This document shows positions 29,958 through 39,716 of a stretch of DNA of 54,258 nucleotides, piece after piece. Numbering within the stretch: position 1 is the stretch's first letter; every line of letters begins with the position of its first letter. The stretch comes from a virus (Duplodnaviria; Caudoviricetes): the IMG/VR virus record IMGVR_UViG_3300035670_007294, positions 1 through 54,258 of that record. One strand, 5' to 3'. The notes below the pieces were generated by a model. The model searched no databases and was not told the origin of the DNA. It was given only the letters and a program-made list of their open reading frames with translations. A program made the translations under genes and the position numbers.

Positions 29958-30716
29958 TTATGAGTCCAACAATTTTTCTCCCCAATGTCTTACTTTTACT
30001 TCATCTTTACTTGCTCCTGCTAATAATGATTTTATAGATATATAAAACTCATCAATTGCATTTAACCTTTTATATTGGTCTATTAATTGATACATAGTTA
30101 AATTACCTATATTAAAAAAATTAATTGAAGGATGTTTAGCTGATACAGAAGATATAATATCATTCAGTACATCATGTTTAGATTGATGTTTAATTCTTTG
30201 TTCATTTAATTTAATAAAAAACTGTCTTTGTGCTTCTGTTTTAGGTTTAGGTTTTTTATCATCTGTTAATGGAATACAATTTTGTATTTTAAATATATCT
30301 GTCATAAAACTAAAATTATTCTTTGATAATGTCCCTATTGTTCCATCTTTATTATTAATAAAAAATAATTCATTAATACTAAATACTACATTAGCATCAA
30401 AGAAAAAAGACAAAGCTTTTACTACAGTGTCTTTAAATCCTTCATTATTTAAACAATTAATATATATAAAATCAAATGGATGTATATTTTCAAATCTATC
30501 ATCCATACCTAGAAGTTCATAGATTTTATAAGATGTTATACTTAATGTACTAATAAATTTTTCATATGTATCTGGTTCGAATTTATTTAATTCCCTAATA
30601 TCATTTATTTTTTTAGCATATAAAATTCCTAATCCATCAATTTTTATATTTTCACCATATAAACATTTTGTTTTTATGTTTTCTGTGCTATAATATTCCT
30701 TATGCACTAAAATCAC
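29958..30716 (-). CDS. Conserved tail-region protein (YomV-like)
   Basis: IGNLTMYQLIDQYKRL...LAGA...HW C-terminal motif; synteny. Confidence 0.55.
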   Translation of the reverse strand: MILVHKEYYSTENIKTKCLYGENIKIDGLGILYAKKINDIRELNKFEPDTYEKFISTLSITSYKIYELLGMDDRFENIHPFDFIYINCLNNEGFKDTVVKALSFFFDANVVFSINELFFINNKDGTIGTLSKNNFSFMTDIFKIQNCIPLTDDKKPKPKTEAQRQFFIKLNEQRIKHQSKHDVLNDIISSVSAKHPSINFFNIGNLTMYQLIDQYKRLNAIDEFYISIKSLLAGASKDEVKVRHWGEKLLDS

Positions 30717-31225
30717 CTTCCAACAAATGGAAAATCTTTAGCCGATAAACAGAATGTATATCCCCAAAACCAATCATTAAATTTTTGGATTCTTCCATAT
30801 TTAAAATAATTTTTACCTAATCCTATATTCCCTTGTTTTTTAAATGTATTATTTAGTTCTTCCCATATACCATTAACTCTTAATTTAACTTTATCTTCTT
30901 CATCTGCTAATTCCCATAATCTAACATTACACGCAATTATAAAACTTACCTCTAAATCTTCATAATACATATTTTTACTATCGATTTCAAATCTATCTAA
31001 CATTATTGTTAACGTTGTTTTAGTTACATCTGTAGTATCTACTGTAAAAGGTGTTACAAATAATCTTTGTCTTTTTTTATCTTTAAATATTGCTTGTTTT
31101 GTATTAGATATATCATCTTTACTTAATGGATTTTTATCATCATAATATAAATATTTGCATAAATTTTGATTAGCTAAAACTTTATCCTTCAAAAAATCTA
31201 AATATTCATCAAGTGTTCCTATCAT
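30713..31225 (-). CDS. Putative tail terminator/completion protein
   Basis: NQNLCKYLYYDDKNPL motif; position among head-tail genes. Confidence 0.55.
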   Translation of the reverse strand: MIGTLDEYLDFLKDKVLANQNLCKYLYYDDKNPLSKDDISNTKQAIFKDKKRQRLFVTPFTVDTTDVTKTTLTIMLDRFEIDSKNMYYEDLEVSFIIACNVRLWELADEEDKVKLRVNGIWEELNNTFKKQGNIGLGKNYFKYGRIQKFNDWFWGYTFCLSAKDFPFVGR

Positions 31226-31247
31226 ACTTTAACCACTTCCATTCTAC

Positions 31248-32027
31248 TTAAAAATAATCTTGCCAAGCTATACCATTATTTAAATCATCCATCCCTGTAT
31301 TTATTGTACTTAATTCTAAATCAAGACGTATAATACCATGTTCATTACCATCTAATGTTGTTCTTTTAAAAGTAACATTGTCATATGATGTGGTTATCCA
31401 ATTTTGATATGGTGTTCCAAGTAAAAATCTTGTTCCTCCTTGTATCGTCCATTCAATTTTCCTACCATTAACATCATTAGGTATCCATACTTCAACTTGA
31501 TTACTAGGTAATTTTATGAACTGTCCATCTCTTAATTGGTTCATAGCATATTTACTACTAATACCAAATATTTCTATTATATTTTCATTAAGAGGTTCTT
31601 GTTCAACAAATCTAAGTGAGACATTACATCTCTGTACTAATACCGAATTTGGTTTATTTAAATCTTTATTAGCATTGACAACTAACCATCTATAATTATT
31701 AAATTCAAAAATATCACCAAGTAATACATCATAGTCATATGTTTTAAAAAATAATTTTATAAAATCATCTGATATAACAGTTGTTCTTTGTAATTCATAT
31801 GGTTTAACTATTCTTGCTCCTACTTCTGTCCATTCTGTAGGTATAACAGGAGTAGCTTCAATATTTTTTCTTTTCATATGTTTTATTACTTGATAATTAC
31901 TAGATATTTCAAACACCATATTAGATATATTTTGTAAATTATTTCTAAATATGTTTTGAGGAGTAGGAGTAGATGGAAGATAACTATTTAAATAAGCCTT
32001 ATATGAATTAAAGCTCATCATTATCAC
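31248..32027 (-). CDS. Putative head-closure/head-tail joining protein
   Basis: LGDIFEFNNYRWLV...QRCN motif; synteny. Confidence 0.55.
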   Translation of the reverse strand: MIMMSFNSYKAYLNSYLPSTPTPQNIFRNNLQNISNMVFEISSNYQVIKHMKRKNIEATPVIPTEWTEVGARIVKPYELQRTTVISDDFIKLFFKTYDYDVLLGDIFEFNNYRWLVVNANKDLNKPNSVLVQRCNVSLRFVEQEPLNENIIEIFGISSKYAMNQLRDGQFIKLPSNQVEVWIPNDVNGRKIEWTIQGGTRFLLGTPYQNWITTSYDNVTFKRTTLDGNEHGIIRLDLELSTINTGMDDLNNGIAWQDYF

Positions 32028-32325
32028 CTACTAACTCTAATTCTTTAATTAATTTATCACATAATGATATACTTTCTTTAACAATTGAATTATGAAGTTT
32101 TAAATCATTTATATCATATAATGACTCTAGATTAAAAATTATTTCAATAAAGCTATGATTTTTAGACATAAAATATTTACCACCATTAAGTTGAGATATT
32201 ACCTTAGCCAAATAAAGCAAGTAATTTACATCATTATTTTCCTTCATGGGCATTAATTTATATATCTTATTTATCAGTCTTTTGAGGTATAAAACTAGAC
32301 TTTCATTTTCTAAAAATTTTTCCAT
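32008..32325 (-). CDS. Small conserved head-tail region protein
   Basis: LINKIYKLMPMKE motif; GTGGGGA RBS supports ATG 32325. Confidence 0.55.
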   Translation of the reverse strand: MEKFLENESLVLYLKRLINKIYKLMPMKENNDVNYLLYLAKVISQLNGGKYFMSKNHSFIEIIFNLESLYDINDLKLHNSIVKESISLCDKLIKELELVGDNDEL

Positions 32326-32338
32326 TTTATCCCCACTC

Positions 32339-32767
32339 TCATTCAAATAATGATGTATCTAGCGTATGATACCCATAACTTGTTATTTTCTTATCTACTA
32401 ACTCTATTGAATCTGTTAGTAAATTCCTTTTCTCTTTTAAATGTTGTGCTTCTGAATATAGTTTGAAATCTGTATCATTTAAATGTCTTCTCATTTCCAT
32501 AATACTATTTGTTTCTTTAGTACACCATTCTACCACCATTAATGTAGCTAATATCTCTTTTTCTAAATCACTTAAATCTGCCGTAAACGCAGTGCTACTT
32601 CTATCAGATAAATCTTGATTGCATTTAAAAAAATTAGATATTGCAGATATTAAGAATCCATATATATATTCTGTGTAACTTGATTCATCATTTATAAATA
32701 AATTATCTAAATTATAATCAGTAATTTTCATACTAAATCTTTCATATATTTCGGTGAAATTTGTCAT
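32339..32767 (-). CDS. Head-tail adaptor protein
   Basis: MTNFTEIYERF..KITD...FTADLSDLEKEILA..M..EW...DFKLYSEA motif. Confidence 0.65.
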   Translation of the reverse strand: MTNFTEIYERFSMKITDYNLDNLFINDESSYTEYIYGFLISAISNFFKCNQDLSDRSSTAFTADLSDLEKEILATLMVVEWCTKETNSIMEMRRHLNDTDFKLYSEAQHLKEKRNLLTDSIELVDKKITSYGYHTLDTSLFE

Positions 32768-32779
32768 GTTTTACACCAC

Positions 32780-33451
32780 CTATGATTCATCTCTTCTATA
32801 TATTGTTAATTCTTTTGCTACTTCATATAAATCTTTATTACACAATTTGCCTATTACACTTATTTTATTTCTATCTTGATAATCACGTACATTATCTTGT
32901 ATTCCTTTTATAAAACAACTTATTATACTAGCTTTTATATTTTTTGTAACACTATTATATATATCAACCATTTCATTTTCATCAAGATTAATTACTTCAT
33001 TTATTTCTTGAGCTGATATAATACGTTTATAATGTTCAGTTAAATATAATGATTTTATAGCATCCTCATTATGAATAAAGAAATATCCATCCTCTGCTAA
33101 ACTTCTATGATTAGAACATATATATGTTAAATCTTCATATGTTATAGGCATTACCTGTCCAAAAGTTTCAAATCTTACAGTTTTATTATGACTACCTTTT
33201 AGTGTCATTCCACCTGTAAATAAAGATTCTACATAAATTAATGTATTAGGCTCAATAGTAACAATACTTCCAAGTTTTCCTAAAAATTTATTTTTTGTTT
33301 TATTATTTACTTCTTTAACTTCTTGTCTTTCTTCTGTTAATTGTGTTTTATCTTTATTCATTAAAGATTCTAGCATTTTTTTCATATCTTCTAATTCACT
33401 CTTTAATGTTTTATTTTCTAATTCTATTTGTGCTTTATTTTTTACAGCCAT
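32780..33451 (-). CDS. Conserved protein downstream of capsid (YonA-like)
   Basis: GGGGAGA RBS before ATG 33451 (MAVKNKA); N-terminal coiled coil. Confidence 0.6.
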   Translation of the reverse strand: MAVKNKAQIELENKTLKSELEDMKKMLESLMNKDKTQLTEERQEVKEVNNKTKNKFLGKLGSIVTIEPNTLIYVESLFTGGMTLKGSHNKTVRFETFGQVMPITYEDLTYICSNHRSLAEDGYFFIHNEDAIKSLYLTEHYKRIISAQEINEVINLDENEMVDIYNSVTKNIKASIISCFIKGIQDNVRDYQDRNKISVIGKLCNKDLYEVAKELTIYRRDES

Positions 33452-33467
33452 AAATATTTCTCCCCTT

Positions 33468-34508
33468 TTATTCATAAATATTATTAATTTTAAATTCCTC
33501 AAATTGTTCTGGAGTATTATTTCCATACCCATATATCCTATGGAATTCTTTGTGGATATCACTATCTAAACAAACACCATATCCATATTTGCTATGTAAA
33601 TTTAATAAATGGCTATCTAAAGTATTTAATTCATCTTGAGTATAATCCCCTATTTTTTGATAAATAGGAAGTTTGCTTAATTCAAATACTTCTTCAATTA
33701 TTTTATTAAATGAACGTAAATGATGTATTTCAAAATTTTTACTTCCAGTTAGTACACATTTATAATTGTGATGCTTCATAGATTCTTTTCTCCAAGACAG
33801 TATTTGTTTATGAAAATGATTCCTTATTGCAGTAACTCCACCCTTCCATAAATAGTTTTTATCTCCTGAAATTGAAGCTCCGAATTTATCATATGAACAC
33901 TGAGGACAAATTGCTCCTCTTCTGGATTTATTATTTAAATAAGCTCCAACTGTTCTTTGTATAACATGGTCATTTTCACATTTTAAAATAAATCTTGAGT
34001 TTCTATTCTTATATTTATCTAGCCACTCTACCACTTCTAATTTATCATCTTTCAAGTCTTTTAAAAGATTAAATACTGGATATTTTTGATTTTCAGATGA
34101 TTCTAATTTTTGACAAATAGGGCATCTTGATTTTTTACTATTCCAGTTATTCCAATCTTTAATAAAAATATGTTTTTTTGGGCATATTATTAAAAGCTTA
34201 GTCTTTGCGTTAGCATACTCTTTCGATAAAAGTTTATATCCATTCTCTGATTCTATTTGCAATTTTATATAATCATAGTTTAGAGAAAATTTTTTAGCAT
34301 TATTTTTACCTTTACATTTAGGACAACCTTGCTTCATATTAATAATACTTCTAGGTTCACATTCCCACTCATGATTACATTCATGTAAATTATGTTTAAA
34401 TTTTGATTTTGAAGTCATATTTATGTAATTACTTAATAAAATAAATTCATTATTAAAATTATCCCGTAATATTTCTTCTATTTCTTTCTGTGTTTTTTTA
34501 TGACTCAT
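33468..34508 (-). CDS. Freestanding HNH homing endonuclease with repeated zinc-ribbon domains
   Basis: Three C-x-x-x-H...CPxC modules, NYLWKGG, then C.LTG..FEIHHL...GVCL...H.EFHRIYG.GNNTPEQF. Confidence 0.88.
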   Translation of the reverse strand: MSHKKTQKEIEEILRDNFNNEFILLSNYINMTSKSKFKHNLHECNHEWECEPRSIINMKQGCPKCKGKNNAKKFSLNYDYIKLQIESENGYKLLSKEYANAKTKLLIICPKKHIFIKDWNNWNSKKSRCPICQKLESSENQKYPVFNLLKDLKDDKLEVVEWLDKYKNRNSRFILKCENDHVIQRTVGAYLNNKSRRGAICPQCSYDKFGASISGDKNYLWKGGVTAIRNHFHKQILSWRKESMKHHNYKCVLTGSKNFEIHHLRSFNKIIEEVFELSKLPIYQKIGDYTQDELNTLDSHLLNLHSKYGYGVCLDSDIHKEFHRIYGYGNNTPEQFEEFKINNIYE

Positions 34509-34514
34509 ATTATC

Positions 34515-34605
34515 CTCCTAAAATAAATATGGGAATAGTATAGATGAAAAATTAGGAGTAATTCATCTATACTATAATTATAACACATAACGTTGCAACA
34601 TTATG
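34515..34605 (-). promoter_or_regulatory. Structured 5' leader of the HNH gene (hairpin whose loop is complementary to the RBS)
   Basis: 14-bp stem 34535-34548/34562-34575. Loop CUCCUAA is complementary to UUAGGAG RBS (34515-34521). Second hairpin at 34586-34605. Confidence 0.65.
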
Positions 34606-34656
34606 CATTAACCAATATAAGTTAATTTAAACTTAAAATAACACTGTAAATATATA

Positions 34657-35751
34657 CTAAATTTTCATAATCCCATAAACGGCTGAACTTGCCACTTTCA
34701 CGTCCCATCTCTTAGAAAGAGTATAATCAAATGTATTATCTGCATTATCTCCTTGCATTGTTTTTTGGAATATTAAAGTTTCTCCTTCAAATGCAACTTT
34801 AACAGGTTTATCTAATCCCATTGAGAAGAAATAAATTGTTGAGTTATCAATACCAAATTCAGTTGTATTTGGAGCTATTTTTTGTGGAATCTGCATTAAT
34901 TCTACTCCATGGAATGTTCCTAAATAACCTAATCTATTGTATTCAGCACCAAGTTGTTCTCTAAATCCACCTTCTGCTGGAACAATTTTAGATAATGCTG
35001 TTTTAGTTCCCATAGCGTATACTTTTGCTCCCATATTTAAAGCTTCTACTCTTTCAGCTAATTCAGTGAATGCTTCTAAAGAGAATGCAGCTTCTTTTAA
35101 ATTTGTATCTAAAGTGCTATATGTATTAAATAATGCATTGTAAACATCTGTAGAAATTTCAGTTTCCATTGATTGTGATACTTTTGCAATTAACATTCCC
35201 CAGTCAACTTTATTAGCAACAATTCTATAAAAATCTTCTTCAATTGTAATACTTCTTGATTCAGGAATTAATACAACATCACCATTATATAATCTTTGTG
35301 GTTCAGTTCTTCTATTACCAATACTTGTTTTAGATACTACAAACAATTTATTGTTTGGTACTTCAATATGTAAACTATCTCCCCATCCTACATTTCTTAC
35401 GTCACCTAATCTTTGGAAATCTGTTTTTACAGTATCAGGAATAATTACATCTAAAATCTCAGAAACTAAAGCAAATACTTCTTCTCTTACTGCTGTTTTA
35501 CCAAATACTTTAGCATCAAATGCTTTTGATTCTGGTAAATTTGCATTGATTACTGCTTGTCTTAAAATTTCTTTATTAAATTTAGCATGTTTTTCATCAT
35601 AGCTCATTCCTACTGCATATTCAGCATAACCTACTTTCCCTTGATTATGTAAATAATGTTTATATAATTCAACTCCAGCTTTAACAATATCTTGTTGTTC
35701 AGCTGAAAAACTTCTAAATCTTGGTGTATCTAAAATACTCATGTTTATCAT
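34657..35751 (-). CDS. Major capsid protein (YonB-like)
   Basis: 364 aa after scaffold and decoration genes. FALVSEILDVIIP, GTKTALSKI, LGTFHGVELMQIPQ and KPVKVAFEG. Confidence 0.85.
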   Translation of the reverse strand: MINMSILDTPRFRSFSAEQQDIVKAGVELYKHYLHNQGKVGYAEYAVGMSYDEKHAKFNKEILRQAVINANLPESKAFDAKVFGKTAVREEVFALVSEILDVIIPDTVKTDFQRLGDVRNVGWGDSLHIEVPNNKLFVVSKTSIGNRRTEPQRLYNGDVVLIPESRSITIEEDFYRIVANKVDWGMLIAKVSQSMETEISTDVYNALFNTYSTLDTNLKEAAFSLEAFTELAERVEALNMGAKVYAMGTKTALSKIVPAEGGFREQLGAEYNRLGYLGTFHGVELMQIPQKIAPNTTEFGIDNSTIYFFSMGLDKPVKVAFEGETLIFQKTMQGDNADNTFDYTLSKRWDVKVASSAVYGIMKI

Positions 35752-35833
35752 TATTTGTTCCTCCTTATATTTTAATTTAATTAATATTTAATTTATTACT
35801 TTTTATTACTTTTATTCCTTAATTACATAACTA

Positions 35834-36349
35834 CTAAACAGCTACAACTACTTCTAATCTATAACCATTTACAGTATCTGCTCCAACAAAGAATTTTTCT
35901 TCTGCTACAACTTTAAATGCTACAAGAGTTGCTCCACTTAAATTAGCAGCTGGTGCTAAAACATATGATGTGTTTGCAGGAACTACATATTGTCCTACTG
36001 TTGGTGTTGATGCAAGTCCATCAATACTAATATAACAAGTATCTCCCATAACTGCTTTTCTTGCTCTAGCTGTTCTTCCTGCTGGGATATAGAATTCTCT
36101 TGGGTCTGCAACATCAATTGCATACTTACCTCCAATTAAATTCCTTACTGGTTCATCAACAATAAACACCTCTTGTGCTGTTACATCTGATGGTGTAGAA
36201 GCTACCCATGTATCTATAGCCCTTGTTTTTAATTCCAATAATCTTACTACGTTTCCATTCTCTAAATCTGATGCACATTCAATGTTTCTTAAATAAGAAT
36301 CAACATTTTTAGATGCCATCTTGCCTGGTTTAAAAATACTATTTGCCAT
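35834..36349 (-). CDS. Capsid decoration/cement protein (YonC-like)
   Basis: DLENGNVV...FYIPAGRTARA...GD; lies between scaffold and capsid genes. Confidence 0.65.
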   Translation of the reverse strand: MANSIFKPGKMASKNVDSYLRNIECASDLENGNVVRLLELKTRAIDTWVASTPSDVTAQEVFIVDEPVRNLIGGKYAIDVADPREFYIPAGRTARARKAVMGDTCYISIDGLASTPTVGQYVVPANTSYVLAPAANLSGATLVAFKVVAEEKFFVGADTVNGYRLEVVVAV

Positions 36350-36399
36350 AATTTAATCCTCCTATTGTTTAATTTTTAATATTGTTATTATTATATATA

Positions 36400-37749
36400 C
36401 TATTTTGATACTCTTTTTGATATCCTATCCCACACGCTTTCATGTTCAACAGTATTATCATCATTAGTATCAATATTTATAGCCATACTACTAAATGTTG
36501 TTTTTTCATCAATTTTATTGCTTTTACTTTGTAATATTTTATCACATGCAAAAGATTTTATATCTCGTTCAAAAACATCAACATTTTCATAATCTTTTGA
36601 TTTTTCTTTCCATTGTTCAATATCATTTTTATTTAAAACATTAGATAGATTTGAAAATACTTTATTAATTTGCTCATCTTTTTCTTTAACCACAATGTTT
36701 TGTTTAAAAAGTTTTAATTCTTCAATTTCATTTGTAAGCTTAGCATTAACAGCCATTAATTCATCTAATTTAGAATTCATATCTAATATTTGATTATCTC
36801 TTTTCTCAATTTCTAATGAAAAATCTTTATTATTTTCTTCTGGTTTAGAATATTTACCTTTACATCCTTCATCTTCTATGCTTAATGGGTCAGTTTCTTC
36901 TAATGGTTCAATTTCAATTTTAATTTCTACAAAGGGTTCTTCTTTAATTGGCTCTTCTACAACAATTTCTTCTCCATCTTTAGCCATTTCCTCTGTATTT
37001 TTAGCCATTTCTTCTCCACATTTAGCCATTTCTTCTGTACATTTAACCATTTCTTCTCCATCTTTAGCCATTTCATCAATTTGTAAATCTTCAATTTTAG
37101 CTTCGACTACTACATCTTTTAATTCAACATTTTTTATATCAGACATTAACTTAACCTCCTTATCTTTATTCTTTTCTTCAACAAATACAACCCATTGCTC
37201 ATATAATGTTTTAATATCATTATCTTTACTAAAATCAATAATTCTAGCAACTGTATTATGCATACCTGTTTCATATTTATCTCCAAGTAAACAAATAGCT
37301 AAATAAGCATATTTATCTATTTGAATCATGCCATCATCACGTTTATGTTCACTCAAAACTTGAATTTCCATACTGACTTTTTTTATATCATCTCGCTGAA
37401 AAATGGCAAGCGTATTACTGCTATAATATTTCCATATAATAGCATCAACTACTAAATAATTCATATCATTAATAACTTCATAATGTAGATTGTTTCCTGT
37501 TTCAGGTATAAATCCTATAGCCACCGTATCATTTTCATGTTCTTCAAAATCTGAGCCTTGTCTATTAAGCTTCATTATAATAGGTTTATTAATTATAGTC
37601 TGTTCAGCTTCTTTCATGCTTTCAAATGATATATATGATTTATTTTTATTATATAAGTCATGACATACATAAATTTTTAATCTTGCAAATTGACTATTGT
37701 TTATTTCTTCTAGTTCATATTTATCAATGCTAAAAGATAATTGTTTCAC
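36400..37749 (-). CDS. Prohead protease-scaffold fusion (YonD-like)
   Basis: VCHDLYNKNKSYI, NKPI, DAIIWKYY, VSMEI and ICLLG protease-like N-domain; acidic coiled-coil C-domain. Confidence 0.78.
   Translation of the reverse strand: MKQLSFSIDKYELEEINNSQFARLKIYVCHDLYNKNKSYISFESMKEAEQTIINKPIIMKLNRQGSDFEEHENDTVAIGFIPETGNNLHYEVINDMNYLVVDAIIWKYYSSNTLAIFQRDDIKKVSMEIQVLSEHKRDDGMIQIDKYAYLAICLLGDKYETGMHNTVARIIDFSKDNDIKTLYEQWVVFVEEKNKDKEVKLMSDIKNVELKDVVVEAKIEDLQIDEMAKDGEEMVKCTEEMAKCGEEMAKNTEEMAKDGEEIVVEEPIKEEPFVEIKIEIEPLEETDPLSIEDEGCKGKYSKPEENNKDFSLEIEKRDNQILDMNSKLDELMAVNAKLTNEIEELKLFKQNIVVKEKDEQINKVFSNLSNVLNKNDIEQWKEKSKDYENVDVFERDIKSFACDKILQSKSNKIDEKTTFSSMAINIDTNDDNTVEHESVWDRISKRVSK
36965..37074. repeat. 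21-bp degenerate tandem repeat (5 copies) encoding EEM(A/V)Kxx heptads
   Basis: Units such as ATTTCTTCTCCATCTTTAGCC repeated every 21 bp. Confidence 0.9.
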
Positions 37750-37782
37750 TCCATCACCACCCCCTCAAAATAAAGTATAATA

Positions 37783-38010
37783 TTATTTATATAAAAATGT
37801 ATTATTTTTTTTATTATTACTCCATTCATTTAATGCTTTATCTAAATCTGGACTTCTAAAAAATACCCAAGTAAATTTATTATCTTTATTTAATATTTTA
37901 TTTATATACTGTATTTTATATATTTCCGTTAAAAACTTTAATAGATTTGGACTCTTACAATAAAATACTTCTTCTTTATTAAAAGCTACTTCATGATTTC
38001 TTATAAACAT
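37783..38010 (-). CDS. Small conserved protein (DUF5659-like)
   Basis: FYCKSPNLLKFL...WVFFRSPDLDKALNEW pattern. Confidence 0.55.
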   Translation of the reverse strand: MFIRNHEVAFNKEEVFYCKSPNLLKFLTEIYKIQYINKILNKDNKFTWVFFRSPDLDKALNEWSNNKKNNTFLYK

Positions 38011-38034
38011 TTCTACTTCACACCCATTCTTAAA

Positions 38035-39669
38035 CTATTCTGTTGCTTGATTATCTCTTGTTGCCATACCTGAATCATCTAATTCATCAATATTCTTTTT
38101 TTCTCTACCTACCTTACTTTCTTCTAAATCTTTTGTAGATGTTTGGAATGCTGATTGTATTGGTTTTAATTTTTCAGGGTATCCTTTTGCATTTGATGAT
38201 GCTACTAATCTTTGTAATTGTCTAGCATTTAATCCTATAGAGGATGCTAATAAATCCATTGAAACTATTCCAATACTTGCCATCTTATGAGCATTTTCTA
38301 TTCTTTCTTTTTTATCAAATATTGTTCCTGTAAATTTAATATCAAACTTATACTTAGATGATATATGTTTTTTAATTACTAATCCCATTATTCCTTCTGC
38401 TATAGAATACATGTGAGTTACAAAGGCTTCATCTACTTTTTGTGCATTTAATGTAGTAGATTGATTAGGTTTATCATTTAATGTAGTAGTTTGTGAACTA
38501 CCTGTACTTTTATAAAAATTATCTAATGCAGTTTCAGCTAGATTTTTATTACTATTACCTTTGTCAAATGTAAAAGATTTAACTTCATCAAATGGCATTA
38601 CTTTAAAATCTACACCATCTTGCATATTACTTTTTATCATTGCTGCAAATTTTGCTACTGTTGATGCAGATATTGCAAAATCATCTGCTTTGTTTCCACT
38701 TCTATTATCTTTATTCCTAGGTATTGTTGCAATTAATAAATTATAAGCATCTAATTGAGATTGTGTTTTCTGTAAATCCTTAGATTGTGCAATATTTATT
38801 GTATCTAAAAATAATCCTAGCATTGGTGGAGTTAATCCTGCAAATAAATTATTGAATTTAAATGTGAAAGCTTTTGTAGAATCTAATTTCCTCCAATAAA
38901 ACCATCTTCCATTTTTAGTTTCTATAATTGCATTATTAGTACGTCTATCACCTTTACTTTTATCATAATTTAACATTTCCATATAGTAATCAGTAAATTC
39001 AGGTGGATATAAATCTAATCTTGTTCCTGCTCTAAAGAAATAACTCATATCAAAAGCAAATTCATAACTTACTTCATTTTTAGATACTATCATACAATAG
39101 TCACTTGGTAATTCTTGAAATGTATATCCATTTTCACTTTCTCTAAGATAATAAAATTTTGTATCTTCTAACATTGCACCTTCCATCATTTCTAAAAACA
39201 TCTTTTTAATATTAAATGATTCCATAAAATCATACACTTTATTTTCATATTTTATAAAAGATGGAGTAGTTAATTCTTTCTCTTCTACTTGTGGAATAAT
39301 CATATAATCCCATGTCAATATTGTAGAATAATATTTTATCAATCTTTTTATTGGCATCATTACATTATATAAATATTGAGATAATTGCCTTAATACTTTT
39401 TCATTCATCTTTGGATTTTGAATTAGTTTTTGAACTGTTTCGTAATCTTTAAACATTGGATTCATATTTAAATCTTTTGTTACTTGATTCTGCAACATAG
39501 GATGATATGTTAAAGGACTATGCATCATTCCCATTAGCTCTTGTGCAAAATTATTAACATAATTTACATCTATCTCTGAAAATTGAGCTTTTACATTCTC
39601 TAATTCCTCTATCTCTTTTTGTTCTTGTTCTTGTATATTATCTATAGGTTTTACTTTCTTCTTCGGCAA
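38035..39669 (-). CDS. Portal protein (YonE-like)
   Basis: 544 aa directly after TerL. LRQLSQYLY...RLIKYYS, QELPSDYC and C-terminal P.QSAFQTS...GR.K. Confidence 0.85.
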   Translation of the reverse strand: MPKKKVKPIDNIQEQEQKEIEELENVKAQFSEIDVNYVNNFAQELMGMMHSPLTYHPMLQNQVTKDLNMNPMFKDYETVQKLIQNPKMNEKVLRQLSQYLYNVMMPIKRLIKYYSTILTWDYMIIPQVEEKELTTPSFIKYENKVYDFMESFNIKKMFLEMMEGAMLEDTKFYYLRESENGYTFQELPSDYCMIVSKNEVSYEFAFDMSYFFRAGTRLDLYPPEFTDYYMEMLNYDKSKGDRRTNNAIIETKNGRWFYWRKLDSTKAFTFKFNNLFAGLTPPMLGLFLDTINIAQSKDLQKTQSQLDAYNLLIATIPRNKDNRSGNKADDFAISASTVAKFAAMIKSNMQDGVDFKVMPFDEVKSFTFDKGNSNKNLAETALDNFYKSTGSSQTTTLNDKPNQSTTLNAQKVDEAFVTHMYSIAEGIMGLVIKKHISSKYKFDIKFTGTIFDKKERIENAHKMASIGIVSMDLLASSIGLNARQLQRLVASSNAKGYPEKLKPIQSAFQTSTKDLEESKVGREKKNIDELDDSGMATRDNQATE

Positions 39670-39716
39670 AGTTAAATCACCACCTTTCTTACTAATTACT
39701 ATATTAATAAATTTAA

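Noticed and set aside
33468-34656. Group I intron carrying the HNH gene within the capsid gene
   Set aside because: The capsid ORF ends with a normal-looking C-terminus, the next gene has its own RBS and start, and no intron core elements were recognised.
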